In this document: piece after piece, positions 18,068 to 25,401 of the stretch
Numbering within the stretch: position 1 is the first letter of the stretch
Layout of the letters: every line of letters begins with the position of its first letter
NCBI RefSeq assembly: GCF_003428155.1
Contig: NZ_QLIR01000008.1
Coordinates: 30,001-62,000, forward strand
DNA length: 32,000 nt
DNA from: Fastidiosibacter lacustris
GTDB lineage: Bacteria; Pseudomonadota; Gammaproteobacteria; Francisellales; Francisellaceae
Reading direction: 5' to 3'
Translations under genes and position numbers: made by a program
Notes under the pieces: generated by a model
Told to the model about the DNA's origin: nothing
Seen by the model: only the letters and a program-made list of their open reading frames with translations
Database searches by the model: none

Positions 18068-19768
18068 TTAGCAAAATGTTTTTACCAAATCTGTTACTGG
18101 TGTGATCTGATCATGACAGCAAAGCACACATACATCATCTGATTGTAAATTTTGTAATGCTTGTTTTGCACCAGATAGCTCATCTTCAACAAAAAAGATT
18201 GTATCTTGTTTTATGCCAAAATGAGCTAAGGATACTGCTACTTTTTGAGGAATTTCTCCTAACTTTGCACCACGTAAATATTTTTTGAGCTCTTTAATAA
18301 AAATCTGGCTTGGTTGATATTGCACAACTACCCTTGAACAATCATCAATTAAGTTAATCCTATCTCCTGTTGTACCAAGCATTAATGAAAGCCTTGAGTC
18401 TTTGTTACAGTAGTGACGTGCAAGAGATAAAATTGCATCTAAACCTGCTGGGTTATGAGCAAAATCAACAATAACCGTTGCTCCAGATTGAAGCTCATAG
18501 ATATTTGCTCTGCCTTGATTTTGATTTATATCGTTCTTATAAGTTGTAAGCGCATGTCCAATATCATCTAAAGATATACCCAGTGCATAAGCTAAAGCAA
18601 TCGCATGCAATGTATTCTCAATGTTGTGTTTAGCCGCACCATTAATGGTCAGTGGAACATCTGTTAGCTTAACAAGTATATGCTCTTTATAGTTTTCCCA
18701 CCAAATAAATACGTTATTTTTAACGTAACAAGCTTTATCCTTATCCGATAAAGTACCTAATTGGGATACTTCAATTGGGTTTTTACTAATCAGAATTTTA
18801 TTAGGTTTTTTAATCACATTGACTAAACTTGCTAAATGAACGTCATCCAGATTGATCACAGCATATGCGTTTTCACCTGCTAATCCTCGATAAACGATAC
18901 ATTTTGCTTCAATAAGGTCCTGAAGTGTTTCAACACCATCTTCACCCATATGATCAGGTGATACATTCGTAATCGTAGCAGCTTTAACTTGAGTTTCAAT
19001 AAGTCCACGCTTTAATAGACCACCTCGTGCTGATTCTAACACGGCTATCTCCACTTGAGGATTGGTTAAAACAAATTGATGTCCTGTTGGTCCTGAATAA
19101 TCACCTTTACCTATGATCTGATCATTAATCACTACCCAATCTGTTGAAGCATAACCTGTTAACTTTCCTGCTTGTTGGCAAATGTAATAGGTTAACCTCA
19201 CCGTTGTTGTTTTGCCATTTGTTCCAGTGACAATCACTGCTGGCACATCATATACATCTTGCCAAGGAATAGATAAATAATCATCCGTTAATAAAGATAC
19301 TTTATATCTACCGACGCCAGAGCCAACATAAGCTTCATCACCATCTCGAAAAACATTCACTCCATGTGTTTTAGCTTTGGCATAAAGTACGCGATAGGCT
19401 GGATTTTGTTCTGCTTTGATCATTTTTTGCAAAACATCCTTAGCCTCTTTGCAAACAACGAATTCCTGTTTATGCAAAAATCTATAACAAGCTTCTTTCC
19501 AGGTATAATCAATCACATCGCAGGCAGCTAAAAGAATATCGACAGGTGCGGTAAATGCTAGGCGTAAACCACCATTATAGATTTTATAAGCAAGCTTATA
19601 CTCTCCCCAATTAAGTTCAGTTAAAACACGCTTACACACATTCTGCCAGATGTTAACCAACTCTTGCTGATGTGACTTTAATGGAATATCTAACACCGTC
19701 CCTGTTTCGCTGAAAAAAAGGTTTGGTCCCACTAAGCGACGAGAATACCCTTCTGGTAGATCAATCAT
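18068..19768 (-). CDS. Cyanophycin-synthetase paralogue with N-domain-like region + Mur-ligase-like M domain, lacking the ATP-grasp G domain
   Basis: VTGTNGKTTTVRL, LESARGGLLKRGL, NVSPDHMGEDGVETLQDL and DFAHNPAG mirror the M domain of the adjacent CphA. N-terminus RRLVGPNLFF mirrors CphA NVYIGPNLYA. No ATP-grasp segment. AAGGG SD. Starts 14 nt after the cphA stop. Confidence 0.7.
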   Translation of the reverse strand: MIDLPEGYSRRLVGPNLFFSETGTVLDIPLKSHQQELVNIWQNVCKRVLTELNWGEYKLAYKIYNGGLRLAFTAPVDILLAACDVIDYTWKEACYRFLHKQEFVVCKEAKDVLQKMIKAEQNPAYRVLYAKAKTHGVNVFRDGDEAYVGSGVGRYKVSLLTDDYLSIPWQDVYDVPAVIVTGTNGKTTTVRLTYYICQQAGKLTGYASTDWVVINDQIIGKGDYSGPTGHQFVLTNPQVEIAVLESARGGLLKRGLIETQVKAATITNVSPDHMGEDGVETLQDLIEAKCIVYRGLAGENAYAVINLDDVHLASLVNVIKKPNKILISKNPIEVSQLGTLSDKDKACYVKNNVFIWWENYKEHILVKLTDVPLTINGAAKHNIENTLHAIALAYALGISLDDIGHALTTYKNDINQNQGRANIYELQSGATVIVDFAHNPAGLDAILSLARHYCNKDSRLSLMLGTTGDRINLIDDCSRVVVQYQPSQIFIKELKKYLRGAKLGEIPQKVAVSLAHFGIKQDTIFFVEDELSGAKQALQNLQSDDVCVLCCHDQITPVTDLVKTFC

Positions 19769-19782
19769 AACATTTACCCTTT

Positions 19783-22596
19783 TTAGTCTGCATCTTCATC
19801 AGCATGCACAGCAATTCGCACACCGCGCTCATCGGCAATAATCCCTGCTTGCATCATTTCAACGATCTCTTTTGCCAACCCATGACTTTGAGATAACGTA
19901 ATGGCATGCTTGTTTACTTGTTGTGGGATCTCCCCTAATGCTGACTCTAGCTTATTAAAGTGAATGATCTGTTTCCAGGTTTTTTTAATGTCATCGGCAA
20001 AAATCACAACTAGATCATCTGCTTTGGCATGATTAAGTGCCGTATCAACTGCTTGAGCTTCTTCTTCAATAATTTCTATATTTTGACTTGCTACACCTGC
20101 TTCTAACAATCCTTGCTTTAATAAACACGGAATTTCACCATACTCTCGCCCTCTTAATCCATTATCTTGCTTACAAATAAAACGATCAAAATAAGTTGCT
20201 GCTGCTTTTGCCAGATTCAACACATCCTGGTCTCGCCTATCTCCAGGTGCCGCAATTACACAAGTTTTAAAACCTTTTACCTCAATTTTCTCAACTAATT
20301 TACCTATTGCTTCAACTGCTACAGGATTGTGTGCATAATCCAACAATACTTTAAATGGATGCTCATCAAACCAATTCATTCTGCCTGGTGCTTGGTAAAA
20401 TGAAGTAGTGAATGTGCGTAAGCCATTTTTAATGTCATCTAAGCCCATATTCATGCTATAAGCAATTGCTACTGCAAACATCGCGTTTTGTACGTTATGA
20501 ATAGCACGACCTTCCATTGTTGCTGGAATCAAATGTGTCCATAATACAGGCATATGAATGTGATTATCAAAAATTGTAATCATATCACCATTGACACCTT
20601 TCTCTATGACAACCGCTTTCCCACCTGTGCGAATATGTTCTTTCACTAAACCATGCTCTGGATTCATCGTTACATACATGATGTGCTGTGCATTTGTATA
20701 AGCAGATAATCGTAAACAATGTGGGTCATCTGCATTAAATACAGCTACATCATGAGCAGCATCGGTAACGATTCGCTTGACATCAGCAAGCTCCTCTAGT
20801 GTATTAACGCCCTTTAACCCCATATGATCTTCAGAAATATTGATACAAGCACCAACGTTACAATAATCATATCCTAAGCCACTTCTTAATAAGCCACCAC
20901 GCGCGGTTTCAAACACTGCAACCTCTACGGCAGGATCCCTTAATATCATTTGTGCTGATCTAGGCCCTGTCATATCACCTGCAACTGTTTGCTTGCCATT
21001 AACGTAAACTCCATCTGTTGTTGTAAAGCCAACAGATTTGCCTGCAATTTTCCACATGTGTGCTACCATACGCGTTGTTGTTGTTTTACCATTGGTACCT
21101 GTAATTGCAGCAATTGGAATTCGTGCACATTCTGTATTAGGAAACAGCATATCCATCACAGCACCAGCAACATCTCTAGATTGACCTTCACTTGGAGAAA
21201 CATGCATTCTAAAACCAGGAGCAGCATTAACTTCACAAATTGCTCCACCTACTTCTTGATAAGATTGAGTAATATCAGGTGATAAAAAGTCAACGCCACC
21301 AACATCCAAACCAATAGCAGTAACTGCACGCTCAGCCATTTCACGGTTGTCTGGATGCACAACATCCGTCATATCAATTGCTGTACCACCTGTTGATAGA
21401 TTTGCCGTTTTACGTAAATAGAAAGTCTCCCCTTCTGCTAAAACACTCTCTACATTTAAGCCTGCTTTTTCAAGTAGCATCAATGCTTGATGATCAAGTT
21501 CTAAACGTGTTAATACTTTTTCATGTCCCACACCACGTCTTGGGTCTTCATTTACAATATCCACAAGCTCAGTAATGCTATGCTTACCATCACCAACAAT
21601 ATGTCCTGGTACACGTTTTGCCACGGCTACAAGCTTACCATTAACAACTAACATCCTATGGTCAAAACCCTCAACATACTGCTCCACAATTACCCAACGA
21701 CCATGCTCTTTAGCAACGGCGTAAGCTTTTTTCAAAGTTTCTTCATCCTGAATATTAATTGTAATTCCTCTCCCATGATTACCATCCAATGGCTTAACCA
21801 CAAGTGGGTAACCTAAATGTTTTGCCACTGAAATGGTATCGCTTTCATAACGTATAGTTCTTTGCTTGGGCACGGGTAACCCCAAACCATTTAAGATAGT
21901 ATTGGTTTGCGCTTTATCACATGAAATCTCAACCGCAATATGCTTAGTTTCGCTTGTAATTGTTGCTTGAATACGTTTTTGGTACTTACCATGCCCAAAC
22001 TGCACCAATGAGTGTTCATTTAGGCGTATGTAAGGAATATCACGCTTTGTTGCAGCTTCCACTAACGACCCTGTACTTGGACCAAACTCCTTACTTTGCG
22101 CAAACTTAATGAAGCCCACTTTTTGCTCTTCAAAATCAAAAGTCTCCAAATTGACATTGAGCTCTTGTTGTAAGTGTTTAGGTAATAAGGATAATAGTAA
22201 ATCACGCCCAAGATAGCTTGCCTGTAAACCAACATCTTTTTGCTTGTATTCAAACACCATATTATATTGCCCAGGCAGTCCCGTACTTCTTGTTTTACCA
22301 AAACTTACTTGGCTACCTGCAATATCTTGAAGTTCAATGGCCACATGTTCCCAAATATGTCCCATCCAAGTCCCTTTACCTTCTTTCATACGACGAATAA
22401 AACCACCTGGCTCTCGGTATGAACAACCATGCTCTTTTAACCCTGATAAGGCTTCCACCAACTTATCAATAAACTCATCACCTAATTTTGCAGATGGCCA
22501 ATGCTCTAAAATACCCAAATCAATTACGTGTCGGATCACTGGGAAATTGGCATATAAATTAGGACCAATATAGACATTACTTGAAATAATTTGCAT
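19783..22596 (-). CDS. cphA: Cyanophycin synthetase (N, ATP-grasp G and Mur-ligase-like M domains)
   Basis: MQIISSNVYIGPNLY N-domain; G domain PLVVKPLDGNHGRGITI; M domain ITGTNGKTTTTRM, NISEDHMG, DYAHNP. Start placed at ATG 22596 with AAGGGAG SD; the track start at 22707 is an extension. Confidence 0.9.
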   Translation of the reverse strand: MQIISSNVYIGPNLYANFPVIRHVIDLGILEHWPSAKLGDEFIDKLVEALSGLKEHGCSYREPGGFIRRMKEGKGTWMGHIWEHVAIELQDIAGSQVSFGKTRSTGLPGQYNMVFEYKQKDVGLQASYLGRDLLLSLLPKHLQQELNVNLETFDFEEQKVGFIKFAQSKEFGPSTGSLVEAATKRDIPYIRLNEHSLVQFGHGKYQKRIQATITSETKHIAVEISCDKAQTNTILNGLGLPVPKQRTIRYESDTISVAKHLGYPLVVKPLDGNHGRGITINIQDEETLKKAYAVAKEHGRWVIVEQYVEGFDHRMLVVNGKLVAVAKRVPGHIVGDGKHSITELVDIVNEDPRRGVGHEKVLTRLELDHQALMLLEKAGLNVESVLAEGETFYLRKTANLSTGGTAIDMTDVVHPDNREMAERAVTAIGLDVGGVDFLSPDITQSYQEVGGAICEVNAAPGFRMHVSPSEGQSRDVAGAVMDMLFPNTECARIPIAAITGTNGKTTTTRMVAHMWKIAGKSVGFTTTDGVYVNGKQTVAGDMTGPRSAQMILRDPAVEVAVFETARGGLLRSGLGYDYCNVGACINISEDHMGLKGVNTLEELADVKRIVTDAAHDVAVFNADDPHCLRLSAYTNAQHIMYVTMNPEHGLVKEHIRTGGKAVVIEKGVNGDMITIFDNHIHMPVLWTHLIPATMEGRAIHNVQNAMFAVAIAYSMNMGLDDIKNGLRTFTTSFYQAPGRMNWFDEHPFKVLLDYAHNPVAVEAIGKLVEKIEVKGFKTCVIAAPGDRRDQDVLNLAKAAATYFDRFICKQDNGLRGREYGEIPCLLKQGLLEAGVASQNIEIIEEEAQAVDTALNHAKADDLVVIFADDIKKTWKQIIHFNKLESALGEIPQQVNKHAITLSQSHGLAKEIVEMMQAGIIADERGVRIAVHADEDAD

Positions 22597-22754
22597 AAAG
22601 CGCTCCCTTGTATTTTTTCCCAAAAATAGTCTATTTAGAATAATCAAACCAAATGCTATTGTATAGCAAACTTTAATGCTTTTTACATTGAAGGTAGATA
22701 AAAACATAAGTTGATCAATAATCGCTCTCTAATAAACTTTGAGCTCAACTTCCT

Positions 22755-22840
22755 ATCTCCGCCACAAGTAAGTCGGGGCTCACTGCAACCTCCCGCTGAT
22801 CGCAGCACGCTAAAGGAAATATATCCTCATGGAGGTTTAA
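22755..22840. other. GC-rich foldable element in the cphA/lepB divergent intergenic region (candidate structured RNA or protein-binding site; strand unknown)
   Basis: About 62% GC over 22755-22810 by hand count, against about 35-40% in the surroundings. Nested pairings: AACCTCC (22787-22793)/GGAGGTT (22831-22837) enclose GCTG-atcg-CAGC (22795-22806) and AGGA-aatata-TCCT (22814-22827). Confidence 0.3.
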
Positions 22841-22948
22841 CTTCATTTGCCTTCTTTAATTGCTTTGAAGTAGGAAAAAAGCATGGCGATTTTTTGCTTA
22901 CAACGTATAATAACGAACGTAGAATAGTTAAGGATAGTAAATATTATT

Positions 22949-23782
22949 ATGAATATAGATTTTAGCTTTTGGTTGTTGGTGTTAACCATAGCCTCTGGGA
23001 TTATCGCCATAATTGATAAATTTAAGTTTGAACCTAAGCGTTTAGCGCCTGTTATCGACCAACTAAAAGGCATGAGCAAAAAAGAACGCCATAAGTTTAT
23101 CCAAAAAAACAAAGCGTTAAAAGCACCTTTTTTAGCCGATTATGCGCGCTCGCTTTTTAGTGTGTTTTTGATTGTATTCATTCTACGCGGTTTTTTAATT
23201 GGGAACTTTCTCATTCCCTCTGCATCAATGACACCAACGCTTCCTGTTGGTAACTTTATCCTTGTCAACAAAACAGCTTATGGCATTCGAAATCCAATCA
23301 CCAACGCTATCTGGATTAAAACAGGTGACCCTCAACGTGGCGATATCGTTGTGTTTCATTTTCCGGTTAATCCTAATGTCGATTTTATTAAGCGTGTTGT
23401 TGGCGTACCAGGAGATGTCATTTCTTACCAAAATAAAAAGCTCACAATTAATGGCAAGTCTATTGAATACAGCAATTGTAAATACGATCAAATTAATAGC
23501 TACAATGGCAATGGTGCAAACACGATTTGTATGGAGCACCTTGGTAATACACCACACGAGATTGATATGATTGCAAATACCCCTTCAGCAGATTTTACCA
23601 ATCTTGTTGTACCACAAGGGATGTATTTTGTAATGGGGGATAACCGAGACAACAGTGAGGATAGCCGCTATTGGGGATTCGTATCAGAGAAAGACTTGGT
23701 TGGTAAAGCACGCTTTGTCTGGTTTAGTTGGAACAGTTTAAACAACTCTATTCGCTGGAACCAAATAGCGCGAGTATTGTAG
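22949..23782 (+). CDS. lepB: Signal peptidase I
   Basis: N-terminal TM segment. Catalytic Ser box IPSASMTPTL, Lys box IKRVVGVPGD, GDNRDNSEDSRYWGF. Confidence 0.95.
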   Translation: MNIDFSFWLLVLTIASGIIAIIDKFKFEPKRLAPVIDQLKGMSKKERHKFIQKNKALKAPFLADYARSLFSVFLIVFILRGFLIGNFLIPSASMTPTLPVGNFILVNKTAYGIRNPITNAIWIKTGDPQRGDIVVFHFPVNPNVDFIKRVVGVPGDVISYQNKKLTINGKSIEYSNCKYDQINSYNGNGANTICMEHLGNTPHEIDMIANTPSADFTNLVVPQGMYFVMGDNRDNSEDSRYWGFVSEKDLVGKARFVWFSWNSLNNSIRWNQIARVL

Positions 23783-23783
23783 T

Positions 23784-24467
23784 ATGAGAGTTGATTATTC
23801 TTCTTTATATCGTCGTATTGGCTATCATTTTAAAAATGAAGCATTGGTTCAACAAGCGCTTACACATCGAAGCAAGCAAAAAGAACATAATGAGCGTTTA
23901 GAGTTCTTGGGCGACTCCATTCTTGGGTTTGTAATGGCTGAAGCACTTTACCAAAGGTTTCCTCACGAAGATGAAGGCAATTTGTCTCTTCTGCGCATGT
24001 ATTTAGTCCGAGGCAAAATGCTAACTGATATAGCCAAGCGTTTCGATCTAGGTGAATACATGTCCTTTGGTGTTGGAGAACTCAAATCTGGCGGATATAA
24101 GCGTGCTCGTTTATTAGAAGATGCTTTTGAGGCAATTATAGGTGCAATTTATCTTGATAGTGATATGAACACTGTTAAAGAACAAATCTTAAGCTGGTAT
24201 GACGATGCACTTAGAACACTCAATATAGAAGAACACACTAAAGATCCAAAATCACGTCTACAAGAATATTTACAGGCTAAGATCCAAACTCATCCTATTT
24301 ATACTGTTATTGCTACTGAAGGCTTGGATCATGACCAAACCTTTACTGTTGAAGTATCTTTAGGTAGCCTTGAGAAGACTTACTGTGCTAAAGGGAAGTC
24401 ACGCAAACAGGCTGAACATGCCGCAGCCAAAATCGCATTAAATGCAATCAATATAAAAGAAGACTAA
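23784..24467 (+). CDS. rnc: Ribonuclease III
   Basis: ERLEFLGDSILG signature and C-terminal dsRBD (KSRLQEY...GKSRKQAEHAAA). 1-nt gap after lepB. Confidence 0.95.
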   Translation: MRVDYSSLYRRIGYHFKNEALVQQALTHRSKQKEHNERLEFLGDSILGFVMAEALYQRFPHEDEGNLSLLRMYLVRGKMLTDIAKRFDLGEYMSFGVGELKSGGYKRARLLEDAFEAIIGAIYLDSDMNTVKEQILSWYDDALRTLNIEEHTKDPKSRLQEYLQAKIQTHPIYTVIATEGLDHDQTFTVEVSLGSLEKTYCAKGKSRKQAEHAAAKIALNAINIKED

Positions 24468-24468
24468 A

Positions 24469-25401
24469 ATGGCACGCAAAAGAAAGGGGATCGCTTTAAA
24501 TGGTATTATCATTATTAATAAGCCTTATGGTCTTTCTTCTAATCAAGCTCTTCAGCGCATTAAAAAGGCGTTTAATGCTCAAAAAGCAGGGCATACAGGA
24601 AGCCTTGATCCATTGGCAACAGGCGTACTCCCAATTTGCTTTGGGCAAGCCACACGCATTTCGCAATATTTATTAGATGCAAATAAAAGCTATGAAGCCA
24701 CCATCCAATTAGGTATTAGCACTGACAGTGGTGATATAGAAGGTCAAGTAATTCGTACAAGTGATATTCCAGTGCTGGATGAAGAGACAATCAACACCAC
24801 ACTTCAGCGCTTTATTGGTCAAATTAAACAAGTACCACCTATGTATTCAGCCCTTAAACATCAAGGTGTGCCATTATATGAGTTTGCGCGTAAAGGTATT
24901 GAAATAGAGCGAAAACCAAGAGTAATAACTATTTTCGCACTTAAACTTATTGACTACGACGCATATAAGCATACGATAAATATTGATGTTCACTGCTCTA
25001 AAGGCACCTATATTCGCACACTTGGCATGGATATCGCTCAAGCACTTGGCACTGATGGTCATTTAACTAAGCTTACACGTACACAATGTGGTCTGCTTAG
25101 CAGTCAAATCATGCTTGAAATTGATAATTTAGAGCAACTAACTATTACCCAACGCCATAGTAGGGTACTTAATACAGAATGTGTATTTACAGATACCCCA
25201 ATTTTTACTATACCTTGCGACGCACATAGTTTATTTTACTCAAAAGGAAAACTACAATTAGAAAGGAACTTTAGTGGAATTGCAAGAATTTATGATCAAG
25301 GGCACTTTGTTGCAATCGGCTATTTTGAACAAGGTAACTTGATTAAAAAACAACTCTTTTTACAAGGCATCATCAATAATGGGCACGAAATACACAATTA
25401 A
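24469..25401 (+). CDS. truB: tRNA pseudouridine(55) synthase
   Basis: KAGHTGSLDPLATGVLPICFG (catalytic Asp motif), QVPPMYSALK. 1-nt gap after rnc. Confidence 0.95.
   Translation: MARKRKGIALNGIIIINKPYGLSSNQALQRIKKAFNAQKAGHTGSLDPLATGVLPICFGQATRISQYLLDANKSYEATIQLGISTDSGDIEGQVIRTSDIPVLDEETINTTLQRFIGQIKQVPPMYSALKHQGVPLYEFARKGIEIERKPRVITIFALKLIDYDAYKHTINIDVHCSKGTYIRTLGMDIAQALGTDGHLTKLTRTQCGLLSSQIMLEIDNLEQLTITQRHSRVLNTECVFTDTPIFTIPCDAHSLFYSKGKLQLERNFSGIARIYDQGHFVAIGYFEQGNLIKKQLFLQGIINNGHEIHN

Noticed and set aside
20989-22573. Multiple 60-97-aa plus-strand ORFs antisense to cphA (20989-21282, 21378-21575, 22218-22573)
   Set aside because: They lie entirely inside a well-supported long CDS, lack SDs and have low-complexity Cys/His/Ser-rich translations typical of antisense frames.
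22777-22793. 17-nt identity (GGCTCACTGCAACCTCC) to the antisense human Alu consensus, raising the idea of contamination or an SRP/7SL-related RNA
   Set aside because: The flanks do not continue the Alu consensus. The conserved bacterial SRP domain IV motif (GGAAGGAAGCAGC-like) is absent on both strands. A 17-mer recalled from memory is within coincidence range.
22741-22940. Csr/Rsm-type sponge sRNA idea (several GGA motifs on both strands of the spacer)
   Set aside because: Most of the GGA motifs fall in predicted stems rather than hairpin loops. I found no GacA/LetA-type upstream palindrome and no terminator-like 3' end.
22711-22965. 84-aa plus-strand ORF filling the cphA/lepB spacer
   Set aside because: It has a non-ATG start (TTG), no SD and an odd composition. 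It runs through the GC-rich foldable element and into the lepB start in another frame. The region is better explained as non-coding.
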